DNA from: an uncultured Actinomycetes bacterium
Lineage (GTDB): Bacteria > Actinomycetota > Thermoleophilia > Gaiellales > JAICJC01
Assembly: GCA_963731515.1 (NCBI GenBank)
Contig: CAVSVU010000017.1
Span: forward strand, 861,164 to 925,163
Direction of reading: 5' to 3'
DNA length: 64,000 bases
This document shows, in pieces, positions 10,674-20,113 of the stretch (position 1 is the first letter of the stretch; every line of letters starts with the position of its first letter). The notes beneath the pieces are model-generated. The model saw only the letters and a list, made by a program, of their open reading frames with translations, was not told the origin of the DNA and searched no databases. Both the position numbers and the translations under genes were made by a program.

Positions 10674-11062
10674 AGCGACTCGAGCAGCTCGCGGTACGCG
10701 CCCGCGCTCAGCAGGCCGTCGACCTCGCCGGGGTCGCTCAGGCGCACCTTGACCAGCCAGCCGTCGCCGTAGGGGTCGTCGTTGACGGTGCTCTCGTTCC
10801 CCTCCAGGGCGGCGTTCACCTCGACGATCTCGCCCGACAGCGGCGCCACCAGTGACGACACGGCCTTGGTCGATTCCAGCTCGCCGTAGTCGGCGTCCTT
10901 GGCGATCGTCTCGCCCACCTCGGGCGGGCTGTAGAACACGACCTCGCCGAGCGTGTCCTGCGCGTACCAGGTGATGCCGAAGGTGGCGGTGTCGCCGTCG
11001 ACCCGCACCCAGTCGTGGGCCTCGTGGTAGCGCAGCTCCTCGGGGTAGCTCTCATCGCTCAT
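10670..11062 (-). CDS. gcvH: Glycine cleavage system H protein
   Basis: HDWVRVDG, GITWYAQDTLGEVV, ESTKA lipoyl-lysine, NDDPYGDGWL. Confidence 0.96.
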   Translation of the reverse strand: MSDESYPEELRYHEAHDWVRVDGDTATFGITWYAQDTLGEVVFYSPPEVGETIAKDADYGELESTKAVSSLVAPLSGEIVEVNAALEGNESTVNDDPYGDGWLVKVRLSDPGEVDGLLSAGAYRELLESL

Positions 11063-12126
11063 CGGCGCGTCTCCTTGACATACAGGGGTTTGGCAGCCAC
11101 GCGGGCGGCGACGGGCCGTCCGCGGGCGTCGATCTCGATCTCGGTGCCCTCCGCGGCCAGGTCGGCGGGGACGTATCCCATCCCGATGCCGATCCCGAGC
11201 GAGGGCGACATCGTGCCGCTCGTGACCTCGCCGGCCGGGCGCATGGACATGCCCTGGCGCGGGATCCCGCGCCCCTCCACCCGCAGCGCCACGAGCCGGT
11301 CGTGGGCGCCGGCCTCCTTCTGGGCACGGAGCGTCTCGGCGCCGACGAAGTCCTTTCGGTCGAGGGCGCACACCCAGCCGAGCCCCGCCTCCAGGGCGGT
11401 GTGGGCGTCGTCCAGGTCGTTGCCGTACAACGGGTAGCACACCTCGAGGCGGAGCGTGTCGCGGGCGCCCAGCCCGGCGGGGACGGCCCCGGCGGCGACG
11501 ATCCCGTCCCACAGCGGGCCGACCTTCTCGGCCGCGGCCATGAGCTCGACGCCCGGCTCGCCGGTGTAGCCGGTGCGGGCGACGATCGCGCGGACGCCGC
11601 ACACTTCGGCGTCGACGAACCCGAACGGCGGCAGCTCCGGCAGCTCGACCAGACCCAGGGCGTCCGGGCCCTGAAGGGCGAGCATCGCGATCCCGTCCGA
11701 GAGATCCTCGAGCTCCGCGTCGCCCGGCACGTGGGCGGCGAGCCAGTCGTGGTCGGCGTCGACGCGCGACGCGTTCACCACCAGGAGGACGTGGTCGTCG
11801 GCGAACCGGTAGGCGATCAGATCGTCGATCGGGCAGCCGCGCTCGTCGAGGAGCAGCGTGTACTGCGCCTTCCCGGCCCCGATCCGGTCGATGTCGTTCG
11901 AGAGCATCCGCTGCACGAACGGGATGGCGCCGGCGCCGCGCACCTCGAGCTGGCCCATGTGCGAGACGTCGAAGAGCCCGGCGTGGCTGCGGACGGCCTG
12001 GTGCTCGGGGATCACGCCCTGGTACTGGACCGGCATGTCCCACCCGGCGAAGGGGACCATCCGTGCTCCCGCTGCCACGTGGCGGTCGTGGAGCGGCGTG
12101 TGGCGGAGACCCTCGGACGCGTGCAT
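11059..12126 (-). CDS. gcvT: Glycine cleavage system aminomethyltransferase T
   Basis: FAGWDMPVQY, FDVSHMG, RTGYTGE, GLGARDTLRLE. Confidence 0.97.
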   Translation of the reverse strand: MHASEGLRHTPLHDRHVAAGARMVPFAGWDMPVQYQGVIPEHQAVRSHAGLFDVSHMGQLEVRGAGAIPFVQRMLSNDIDRIGAGKAQYTLLLDERGCPIDDLIAYRFADDHVLLVVNASRVDADHDWLAAHVPGDAELEDLSDGIAMLALQGPDALGLVELPELPPFGFVDAEVCGVRAIVARTGYTGEPGVELMAAAEKVGPLWDGIVAAGAVPAGLGARDTLRLEVCYPLYGNDLDDAHTALEAGLGWVCALDRKDFVGAETLRAQKEAGAHDRLVALRVEGRGIPRQGMSMRPAGEVTSGTMSPSLGIGIGMGYVPADLAAEGTEIEIDARGRPVAARVAAKPLYVKETRR

Positions 12127-12203
12127 CCGGGCGCGCAGTCTACCGGGTTACGCGGTCGCGAACATGCGGACGGCGCACGGGCCTGCGGGCCGCCGCTCCG
12201 GGC

Positions 12204-12524
12204 TCAGGCGCCGGCCCCGACGACGGGCTTTTCGACCAGCCAGAAACGGTCATGTGACTCGACGATGCGCTCGCCCTCCGGGAAGACGTGACCCGGCTTC
12301 ACGGTGAACCGGTTCGGGGCCGAGTGGGCGGCCGTGAAATCGGCGACGGTCATCTCCATCCCCTCGATGCACTCGGGGTCGCCGCACTCGCAGACGAACG
12401 GGACGAGCTCGCCGATCGCGTCGGCGTCCTGCTCGAACTCCACCCGGCGGTTGTTGTAGTCCCGAAACACCTGCTCGTTCTTCAGCAGGCGGTCGTGCCG
12501 AACCTCGTCGCGGTCGAGCGTCAC
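12204..12524 (-). CDS. Hypothetical protein with FVCECxxxxC...GH motif
   Basis: KNEQVFRDYN...FVCECGDPEC...KPGH; TACCGT 7 nt before the GTG. Confidence 0.75.
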   Translation of the reverse strand: MTLDRDEVRHDRLLKNEQVFRDYNNRRVEFEQDADAIGELVPFVCECGDPECIEGMEMTVADFTAAHSAPNRFTVKPGHVFPEGERIVESHDRFWLVEKPVVGAGA

Positions 12525-12767
12525 GGTCGGAACGGTACCGGACCGCGGCGGCGGCCAACGCGGCCCGCGCCGCGCTCTGGCCGCCTTGCATCGTGTGCCA
12601 ACTGTTCGGATCTGGTGAAGAAGCAGGGGAATTCCAAGGCCCCCTGAAGGAAGCGTGTAATACTTTGGAGAACGTCAAGCTCCGCCGGGAGTCCACGGGT
12701 GCAAAAACCGGTGCGGCGGGGTATGGGCAGCTACGGGCGTGAGTCGAAACGAAGGAACGGCAGACCA

Positions 12768-13187
12768 ATGAGCGCACACATGGATTCTCCGTCGTTCAGC
12801 GAGATCTTTCCTGACGACGGCGACGGGCACGAAGAGCGCGACGACGTCGCCGCGGATGCGCGGCACGTCACCATCTCTGGGCACAAGTACACGCGCCGGC
12901 GCCAGGACACGAACCGGATCAAGCGCGCCCGCCAGCAGGTGCGCGGCCTGCCGACCGTGATCGCCGAGCGCGAGTGGGTGGCGACCTGGATCGAGCTGAT
13001 CGACGCCAGCCTCTACACCCCGCCGGGTACGCCGCGGGCCGGGCGCATCCTGCGCGAGGCCTACGTCGAGGGCAGCATCCGCCTCCCGGTGATCCGCGAC
13101 CTGGGCCGGTCGCTCCTGCCGCATCCGGCGCCCGACGCGCCGGCCCGGCCGCTGGCGACGACCACCGTCGAGTCCGTCCCGGCCTGA
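12768..13187 (+). CDS. Hypothetical protein (139 aa)
   Basis: Coding-like GC3 pattern from ATG 12768; GAAGGAA upstream. Confidence 0.65.
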   Translation: MSAHMDSPSFSEIFPDDGDGHEERDDVAADARHVTISGHKYTRRRQDTNRIKRARQQVRGLPTVIAEREWVATWIELIDASLYTPPGTPRAGRILREAYVEGSIRLPVIRDLGRSLLPHPAPDAPARPLATTTVESVPA

Positions 13188-13230
13188 TCGCTCGGCCGGC
13201 ATCGCCGGCCGTGTGGGATAGCATCGGGGC

Positions 13231-13362
13231 ATGGCCGGCGGACGCAGCCTCGGGGTGACGATCGTGGTCGCGCTCCTGCTCCTGATCGGCGGCGCGCTCG
13301 GCGCCGGGATGCTCTTCGCCCACGTCGTCGGCAAGACGACGTCAGAGCCGCCGCGCCGCTAG
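13231..13362 (+). CDS. Small single-TM protein (43 aa), below the ORF-track cutoff
   Basis: MAGGRSLGVTIVVALLLLIGGALGAGMLFAHVVGKTTSEPPRR-TAG; TAGCAT 6 nt before the ATG. Confidence 0.6.
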   Translation: MAGGRSLGVTIVVALLLLIGGALGAGMLFAHVVGKTTSEPPRR

Positions 13363-13386
13363 AACGCCTCGGACCGGATCGGCCGG

Positions 13387-14487
13387 CTACTCGTCGCGCA
13401 GGAAGGACGGGATCTCGAGCGCGTCGGGCGGCATCTGGAACTGGCCGGTGTCGCGTGAGTCGACCGCCGGCTCCGGGCGGCGGGGCTGCTGCTCGCGGCG
13501 CCCGCCGGCGGCGAATGCGGCCGCGGGCCGGTCGGGGCTGTGGCGGTCGAAGCCGGTGGCGATGACCGTCACCCGCACCTGGTCGCCCAGCTGCTCGTCG
13601 ATGACCGCGCCGAAGATGATGTTCGCGTCGCTGTCGGCGGCGCTGCCGATGATCTCGGCCGCCTCGTTCACCTCGAAGAGGCCCATGTCCGACCCGCCAG
13701 TGATGTTGAGCAGTATGCCGGTGGCCCCCTCGACGGATGCCTCGAGCAGCGGCGAGGAGATCGCCGCCTTGGCGGCCTCGGCCGCCCGGTTCTCGCCGCC
13801 GGCCACACCGATGCCCATGAGCGCCGAGCCGGCCTGGCGCATGATCGTGCGCACGTCGGCGAAGTCGAGGTTGATGAGGCCGGGGACCGTGATCAGGTCG
13901 GTGATGCCCTGGACGCCCTGGCGCAGCACGTCGTCGGCGATGCGGAACGCGTCGACGATCGACGTGCGCTTCTCGACCACCTGGAGCAGACGGTCGTTGG
14001 GGATGATGATGAGCGTGTCGACCTTGTCGCGGAGCTGGCGGATGCCGCCCTCGGCCTGGTCGGCGCGCTTGCGGCCCTCGAACCCGAACGGGCGGGTGAC
14101 GACGCCGACCGTGAGCGCTCCCAGCTCGCGGGCGATCTCGGCGATGACGGGCGCCGCGCCGGTGCCGGTGCCGCCGCCCTTGCCGGCCGTGACGAAGACC
14201 ATGTCGGCGCCCTTCAGCGCCTCCTTCAGCTCGTCACGGCTCTCGGTGGCGGCCTCGAGCCCGATGGCGGGATCGGCGCCGGCGCCCAGGCCTCGGGTGA
14301 TCTTGGAGCCGATGTGGATCTTCACGTCGGCGTCGCACATGAGCAGCGCCTGCGCGTCCGTGTTGACCGCGATGAACTCCACCCCGCGCAGCCCGGCGTC
14401 GACCATGCGGTTCACGGCGTTGGTGCCGCCGCCGCCCACGCCGACCACCTTGATGACCGCCAGATAGTTGCCGCTCGGATCTCTCAT
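13387..14487 (-). CDS. ftsZ: Cell division protein FtsZ
   Basis: [24 protein letters not shown] tubulin signature, INLDFAD, C-terminal IPSFLR; ATG 14487 with a purine-rich RBS. Confidence 0.98.
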   Translation of the reverse strand: MRDPSGNYLAVIKVVGVGGGGTNAVNRMVDAGLRGVEFIAVNTDAQALLMCDADVKIHIGSKITRGLGAGADPAIGLEAATESRDELKEALKGADMVFVTAGKGGGTGTGAAPVIAEIARELGALTVGVVTRPFGFEGRKRADQAEGGIRQLRDKVDTLIIIPNDRLLQVVEKRTSIVDAFRIADDVLRQGVQGITDLITVPGLINLDFADVRTIMRQAGSALMGIGVAGGENRAAEAAKAAISSPLLEASVEGATGILLNITGGSDMGLFEVNEAAEIIGSAADSDANIIFGAVIDEQLGDQVRVTVIATGFDRHSPDRPAAAFAAGGRREQQPRRPEPAVDSRDTGQFQMPPDALEIPSFLRDE

Positions 14488-14499
14488 CTGCCTACCCCC

Positions 14500-14523
14500 A
14501 ACCTGAACCTCTACTAGAGGGTT
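14500..14523. promoter_or_regulatory. MerR-type dyad operator candidate in the ftsZ leader
   Basis: AACCTGAACCTCTACTAGAGGGTT (CCTC-N5-GAGG dyad); similar site at 14643-14665. Confidence 0.55.
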
Positions 14524-14594
14524 CGAGTGTGACTGCGCGAAAGGCCCGTCCAGCGGGCACAGCGAAGCCGGGCTGCCGGTCGGGCGCATTGGGG

Positions 14595-14623
14595 AGGGTA
14601 CCCGGCCCGACTCTCGCTGTCAA
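14595..14623 (-). promoter_or_regulatory. Sigma-A-type ftsZ promoter
   Basis: Minus strand TTGACA (14623-14618), 17-nt spacer, TACCCT (14600-14595). Confidence 0.7.
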
Positions 14624-14642
14624 GCAGATGGTTAGGAGGGCT

Positions 14643-14665
14643 AACCCTGTACCTCAAGTCGAGGC
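14643..14665. promoter_or_regulatory. Second MerR-type dyad candidate, upstream of the ftsZ -35
   Basis: AACCCTGTACCTCAAGTCGAGGC, abutting the ftsQ stop. Confidence 0.5.
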
Positions 14666-15460
14666 TCACTTCTTGTAGCCGATGGCCGGGCGAGCCGGTG
14701 CCGATACGTCCACGTAGGCCACCGAGTGGCGGATCGAGGCGCCCATCCGGGCGAGCACGCGGGCGGCGACGTGCAGCTTCAGATCGAGCGAGCCGGCCGT
14801 CCCCAGGCGCACCTGGAGGCCGTGGCCGAACACCGCCACCACGCCGCCCGGCGAGGCAACGACCTTCTTCAGCCTGGCGATGCTCTCGGGAAACCCGCCG
14901 GGGACGACCGCGAGGACGCGGAGCGCCGAGCGCATCTGGGCCGTGTCGACGGTGCGCCCGGCGAGCGGCTGCGAGGTCGGCGGGAGCACGAGCCTCGGCA
15001 GGGCGTCCGGCGCCTTGGTGGCGGTGCGCAGCACCCGGCCGTCGACCGAGACGATGTAGGCGGCCTTGCCGGCACGGACGAGCGCGGCCGGCCGCTCCAT
15101 GACGACCGAGATCGCGACCGTGTGCGGGAAGGCGCGGTCGACGCGCGCAGCCTTCACGTCGGGGATGGCCTCGAGCTGGGCCGCGAGCGAGGAGGCGTCG
15201 ACGCGGAGCAGGCTCCTGCCGGCCACGTCCTGGGCGACCGCCGCGCGCACGAGCGCGTCGACCCGCGGCGTCGCGCCGGTGACGGACACCTGCGAGGCGG
15301 CGAAGATCGAGGAGTGCTCGAGGGCCCAGTAGCCGACCGGGAGCAGCACGATCGCGAGGGCGCCGACGACCACCGCCAGCCGGCGGCGGCCTTCGGAGCG
15401 ACGGAGCGCCCTCCGGCGCAGCACCAGCGCAGGGTCGAAATGGGCAGCTGCCATGTCCAT
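14666..15460 (-). CDS. ftsQ: Cell division protein FtsQ/DivIB
   Basis: Basic N-terminus, single TM, POTRA-like region (VKAARVDRAFPHTVAISV), C-terminal YVDVSAPARP; lies between murB and ftsZ. Confidence 0.88.
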   Translation of the reverse strand: MDMAAAHFDPALVLRRRALRRSEGRRRLAVVVGALAIVLLPVGYWALEHSSIFAASQVSVTGATPRVDALVRAAVAQDVAGRSLLRVDASSLAAQLEAIPDVKAARVDRAFPHTVAISVVMERPAALVRAGKAAYIVSVDGRVLRTATKAPDALPRLVLPPTSQPLAGRTVDTAQMRSALRVLAVVPGGFPESIARLKKVVASPGGVVAVFGHGLQVRLGTAGSLDLKLHVAARVLARMGASIRHSVAYVDVSAPARPAIGYKK

Positions 15461-15494
15461 CCAGTTCGCCGGACGGCGGGCGGATCCTGCCGGT

Positions 15495-16392
15495 TCAGGC
15501 CGGGGCGTCCAGCGCGATCGGGCCGAGCATCTGCACCTCGTGCTCGAGCTCGACGCCGAACCGCTCGCGCGCCCGCCGGCGCGCCTCCTGCATCAGGGCG
15601 ATCACGTCCGCCGACCGGGCGCCGCCCGTGTTCTCGATGAAGTTCGCGTGCACGGGGGAGATGCGGGCGCCGCCCGCGGTGAAGCCCTTGAGCCCGCACT
15701 CCTCGAGCATGCGCCCGGCGGAGCGCTCGCCGCCCGGGTTCTTCCACACCGACCCGAACGTGCGCACCTTGGCGGGCTGGGCCTCGCGCCGGCGCCGCTG
15801 CATGTCGGCCACCGTCGCCCGGATCCGCTCGGAGTCGTCCGGCCGCAGCCGCAGCACCGCCTCGGCGACCACCTCGCGCGGGCCGACGTCCGAGTGCCGG
15901 TAGCGCATGCCGAGCTCGTCCGGCCCTCCGGCCCGCTCCCCGGCCGCACCGACCACCACCGCCCGCTCGAGCACGTCGCGCAGCTCGCCGCCGTACGCGC
16001 CCGCATTCATCCGCACCGCGCCGCCGGCCGTGCCCGGGATGGCGCACCCGAACTCGATCCCGGAGAGCCCCCAGCCCGTCGCCCGCTTCACGATCGCCGC
16101 GAGCGAGGCGCCGCCGCCGCAGACGATCCGCTCGCCGTCGCGCTCGATCCGGGCCAGACCGCCGGCGAGGCGCAGGACGACGCCGTCGTAGCCCTCGTCC
16201 GCCACCAGCAGGTTCGAGCCGAGGCCGACCACCGCCACGTCGAGCTTCTCCGCGTCGGCCCACCGCAGCACCTCGGCCAGCTCGGCGCCGCGTGCCCGGC
16301 CGGGCCAGGAAGCGCGCCGGCCCGCCCGTGCCGACGGTCGTCAGGCGCGAAACGGGGTAGTCCGGCTGGACGCACGCGGGCACGCCGCTCAT
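15495..16392 (-). CDS. murB: UDP-N-acetylenolpyruvoylglucosamine reductase (one frameshift near 16290)
   Basis: TTVGTGGPA in one frame, then GLGSNLLVAD, IPGTAGGAVRMNAGAYG, GSVWKNP, HANF in another. Confidence 0.92.
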
Positions 16393-17735
16393 CCCAGCAG
16401 CACGTCCCCCACGCTGCGGACGTCGCCGGCGCCCACCGTGAGAACGAGGTCGCCGTCGCGCAGGCGCCCGCGCAGGTACGCCGCGGCGTCGCCCAGGGCG
16501 GGCATGTACGCGAGCGGCATTCCCGGCCGCCGCTCCGAGACGGCGTCGACGACGAGCTTCGCGGTCACCCCCGCCAGGGGCCGCTCGCGGGCGGCGTAGA
16601 TCTCGGTCACGACCACCTCGTCGGCGCCCGCGAGCGCGGTGCCGAACTCGTGCGCCGAGGCGGCCGTGCGCGAGTAGAGGTGGGGCTGGAAGCAGACGAC
16701 GACCCGCGCCGGCGCGTGCGTGCGGGCGGCGTCGATGACCGCCGCGACCTTGGCCGGGTTGTGCGCGTAGTCGTCGACGACCGTCGCGCCGGCGACGCGC
16801 CCGCGCACCTCGAAGCGGCGGCCGACGCCGGTGAACTCGGCCAGCGCCGCGGCCGCGTCCGCGGCGGCCGCACCGGCCGCGGCCAGGGCCGCGATCGCCC
16901 CGGCGGCGTTGCGCGCGTTGTGGGCGCCGGGCACGCGCAGCGTGACGTCGACCGGGAGCTCGTCCGGCACGGACAGCCAGAAGCGCGACCCCTCCGGGCC
17001 GCTGCGGAAGCCGCTGATGTGCCAGTCGGCGCCGTCGTCGAAGCCGAATGTCGCGACCGGCGCCGCTCCGGCGGGGAGCGACACGCCGTCGCCGAGCACG
17101 ACCGCCCCGTCGGCCGGCACGTGCGCGACCCACTCGGCGAACAGCCGCTCGACCTCGTGCACCGACGCGTAGCGGGCGTGATGGTCGAGGTCGACGTTCG
17201 TCACGACGGCGACGCGCGGGCGCAGCAGGGCGCAGCTTCCGTCGGACTCGTCCCCCTCGGCGATCAGGAGGTCTCCCCCGCCCGGCCCGGCGTTCCCGCC
17301 CAGCTGGGGCACCTCGCCGCCCACGAGCCAGGTCGGGTCGAGCCCGAGCCGGTCTGCGGCGAAGGCGATCATCGCGGTGGTGGTCGTCTTGCCGTGCGCG
17401 CCCGTCACGCAGATCGACGTCTTCTGCGCGACGAGCTCGGCCAGCAGCTCGCCCCGGTGAAGGACGCGCAGCCCGAGCTCCGACGCCGCAGCCAGCTCGT
17501 CGAGCTCGTCCGGCACCGCCGACGAGACGACCACCTCCATGCCGGGCTCGAGGTGGACGCGGTCATGGCCCTCGGAGACGTCGATGCCGAACCGGCGCAG
17601 GCGCAGCGAGTACTCGGACGGCGTCCGGTCGCAGCCGGACACGTCGGCGCCCCAGGCGTAGGCGACGACGGCGAGCGCCGACATCCCGGCGCCGCCGATC
17701 CCGATCATGTGCAGCCTGCGGTCGGCCAGCGTCAT
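16389..17735 (-). CDS. murC: UDP-N-acetylmuramate--L-alanine ligase
   Basis: HMIGIGGAGMS, GAHGKTTTT, EGDESDGS, DDYAHNP, FQPHLYSRT. Confidence 0.96.
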   Translation of the reverse strand: MTLADRRLHMIGIGGAGMSALAVVAYAWGADVSGCDRTPSEYSLRLRRFGIDVSEGHDRVHLEPGMEVVVSSAVPDELDELAAASELGLRVLHRGELLAELVAQKTSICVTGAHGKTTTTAMIAFAADRLGLDPTWLVGGEVPQLGGNAGPGGGDLLIAEGDESDGSCALLRPRVAVVTNVDLDHHARYASVHEVERLFAEWVAHVPADGAVVLGDGVSLPAGAAPVATFGFDDGADWHISGFRSGPEGSRFWLSVPDELPVDVTLRVPGAHNARNAAGAIAALAAAGAAAADAAAALAEFTGVGRRFEVRGRVAGATVVDDYAHNPAKVAAVIDAARTHAPARVVVCFQPHLYSRTAASAHEFGTALAGADEVVVTEIYAARERPLAGVTAKLVVDAVSERRPGMPLAYMPALGDAAAYLRGRLRDGDLVLTVGAGDVRSVGDVLLG

Positions 17736-18829
17736 CGGGCCAGGGCCAGGAGCTCGGTCGCGATCCGCTCGCCGGCGTCGGGCCGCGCCAGCCGCCGGGC
17801 GGCCTCCGCCATCCCCGCCAGCCGGTCGGGGTCGGCGAGCAGCGCATCGACCTCGGTCGAGAGCCGGACGGCGGTCAGCTCGTTGTCGGCGATCACGATC
17901 GCCGCGCCGCCGTCGGCGATGAACTCCGCGTTGCGCGACTGGTGGTCGGCGGTCACGTTCGGCGACGGGACGAGGATCGCCGGCCGGCCGGCGGCGGCGA
18001 TCTCGAACACCGACCCGCCCGCCCGCGAGACGACCAGGTCGGCGGCGGCGAGGATCGGGCCGAGCCCGGCGGTGTACGGCAGCACGCGGTAGTGCGGCGC
18101 GGCCCGCCCCGACGCCTGGGTGAACTCGCGCTCGCCGGTGATGTGGACGACGGTGAAGCCGGGATCGTCCGCCGCCCACGCGGCGGTGGCCGCCCGGTTC
18201 ATCGTCGTCGAGCCCAGGCTGCCGCCGACGACGAGCACGATCCGGCGGTCGGCGGGAAGGTCGAACTCGCGCCGGCCCTCCTCCGCCGTCGCGTCGAGCA
18301 CCGCCCGGGGCACCGGCCGACCGGTGAGCTGGTAGCGCGGCGGCCCGAGGTCGCCGATCGGGAAGGCCAGGAACACCCGGCGCGCGAACGGCGCGGCCAT
18401 CCGGTTGGCGAGGCCGAGGTGCGCGTCGACCTCCATCAGCGCCGCCGGGATGCGCATGCCCGCCGCCGCGGCCAGCATCGGCCCGGCCACGTACCCGCCC
18501 CCGCCGAACACGACATCGGGGCGGACGCGGCGGAGGATGCGCGCGCACGCGGCCGGCGCGACGGCGGCCAGGCCGAGCCCGCGCACGAGGCCGAGCGACG
18601 GCCGCCGCGGGAGGCCGGAGACGTGGTAGGTGTGGAGCGGGTAGCCGGCGGCGGGGACGAGCCGGGACTCGATCCGCTCGGCCGTGCCGGCGAACACGAC
18701 GTCGGCGCCTCTAGCCGTGAGCTCGGCGGCGACCGCCAGCGACGGCACGACGTGGCCGGCGGTTCCCCCGGCTGCGATCAGCACCCGCGGGCTGCGGCCG
18801 GGGTCGCTTGCGGCTTTCGGCGGTGTCAT
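17732..18829 (-). CDS. murG: Undecaprenyldiphospho-muramoylpentapeptide beta-N-acetylglucosaminyltransferase
   Basis: AGGTAGHV, GGGGYV, GGSLGS, HQSRNA. Confidence 0.96.
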   Translation of the reverse strand: MTPPKAASDPGRSPRVLIAAGGTAGHVVPSLAVAAELTARGADVVFAGTAERIESRLVPAAGYPLHTYHVSGLPRRPSLGLVRGLGLAAVAPAACARILRRVRPDVVFGGGGYVAGPMLAAAAGMRIPAALMEVDAHLGLANRMAAPFARRVFLAFPIGDLGPPRYQLTGRPVPRAVLDATAEEGRREFDLPADRRIVLVVGGSLGSTTMNRAATAAWAADDPGFTVVHITGEREFTQASGRAAPHYRVLPYTAGLGPILAAADLVVSRAGGSVFEIAAAGRPAILVPSPNVTADHQSRNAEFIADGGAAIVIADNELTAVRLSTEVDALLADPDRLAGMAEAARRLARPDAGERIATELLALAR

Positions 18830-20048
18830 CGGCGGGCACTGCCTTGCGGGCGACTGCCCGCTCGCTGTCGGCGACGTTCAGGAGCGTCCCGATCAGGGTG
18901 AGGAACACGATCAGGCTGGATCCGCCTGAGCTTATCAGCGGCAGCGGGACCCCCGTGAGGGGCAGGAAGCCGAGCACCGCGCCCAGGTTCACGACCGCCT
19001 GGCCGGTGACGAGGCAGGTGATCCCGGTGGCCAGGAACTTGCCGAACGGGTCCTTCGTGCGCATCGCGATCCGGAAGCCGAGCACGGCGAACGCGGCGAA
19101 CGCGGCGACGGTCACGAGGATGCCGATCAGGCCCAGCTCCTCGCCGATCACCGCGGCGATCATGTCGCTCGGCGCCTCGGGGAGGTAGCCGTTCTTGACC
19201 GTGCCCTGGCCGAGGCCCTTGCCCCAGATCCCGCCCGAGCCGAGCGAGAGCAGCGCCTGCACGTTCTGGTAGCCGCTGCCGCCGGCGTCCTGCCACGGGT
19301 GCATGAAGGCGAGCAGGCGGGCGTGCATGTAGGCGTTCTGGGAGATGACGAGCGCGGCGCCTGCGGAGACGATCCCGGCCGTGCCGACCAGGAGCCGGAA
19401 CGGCGTGCCGGCCACGATCAGGACGCCCGTGACCATGACCGCGATCGCGATCGTCGTGCCCAGGTCGGGCTCGAGCGCGACCAGCCCGCACACGATCAGC
19501 GCGGCGAGCCCGACCGGGTTCGCGAGCTCCTTGATCGAGCGGGGCGGGCGCTTGCGCGCGGTCAGGACGGCCGCGCAGAAGACGACCATCGCCAGCTTGG
19601 CGAACTCGGACGGCTGCAGGGTGAGCGGGCCGGCGACGATCCAGCGCTCGGCGCCGTTCACGCGCACGCCGATGCCCGGCACCTTCACGAGGACGAGCCC
19701 GATGAGCGCCATCAGCATGAGCAGCGGCGCCAGGACGCGCAGGCGGCGGTAGCGGAAGCGGGCGGCGCCGACCATGCAGCCGATGCCGAGGACGGCGTAC
19801 GCCCCCTGGCGCAGGAGCGGCGAGAGCGGGTTGGCGCCGTTCACGACGGCGATGCCGCTCGACGCGCTGTAGACCATGATCAGGCCGAACGCGACCAGCC
19901 CGAGGGTCAGCAGCAGCAGGAGGTGGTACTCGATCTGGTGGGTGTTCGACGTGCGCCGTCGCCGCGACGGCCGCTCCGCGGCCGCTCCGTTCCCCCCGGT
20001 GTTGTCGATCGCGTGCAACCTCGCCACAGGCACCCCCAAGGAACCCAT
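18711..20048 (-). CDS. ftsW: Lipid II polymerase FtsW
   Basis: MVYSAS, GAERWI, QPSEFAKL, EPDLGT, IGEELG, LPLISSGGSS; C-terminal tail overlaps the murG start; exact start uncertain. Confidence 0.94.
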   Translation of the reverse strand: MGSLGVPVARLHAIDNTGGNGAAAERPSRRRRTSNTHQIEYHLLLLLTLGLVAFGLIMVYSASSGIAVVNGANPLSPLLRQGAYAVLGIGCMVGAARFRYRRLRVLAPLLMLMALIGLVLVKVPGIGVRVNGAERWIVAGPLTLQPSEFAKLAMVVFCAAVLTARKRPPRSIKELANPVGLAALIVCGLVALEPDLGTTIAIAVMVTGVLIVAGTPFRLLVGTAGIVSAGAALVISQNAYMHARLLAFMHPWQDAGGSGYQNVQALLSLGSGGIWGKGLGQGTVKNGYLPEAPSDMIAAVIGEELGLIGILVTVAAFAAFAVLGFRIAMRTKDPFGKFLATGITCLVTGQAVVNLGAVLGFLPLTGVPLPLISSGGSSLIVFLTLIGTLLNVADSERAVARKAVPADDTAESRKRPRPQPAGADRSRGNRRPRRAVAGGRRRAHG

Positions 20049-20082
20049 GGATCTGTTCGCCGCCCGGTCACGGTCACCTGCA

Positions 20083-20113
20083 TGAATAACCGGTGCCTGG
20101 CACCGGTTATTCA
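20083..20113. repeat. 31-bp perfect palindrome TGAATAACCGGTGCCTGGCACCGGTTATTCA (copy 2)
   Basis: Perfect 15-1-15 inverted repeat containing the murD stop codon. Confidence 0.85.

Noticed and set aside
12127-12203. Glycine riboswitch upstream of gcvT
   Set aside because: The spacer is short, lacks aptamer motifs, and has TAGACT 10 nt before the ATG, implying almost no leader.
14161-14190. Fts[11 protein letters not shown] instead of the usual AGE/AGM
   Set aside because: A single substitution outside the invariant GGGTGTG; it may be natural variation or a base error.
18711-18829. ftsW-murG overlap as a fusion or error
   Set aside because: Both frames are intact; out-of-frame C-terminal overlap of ftsW into murG is common in high-GC dcw clusters.
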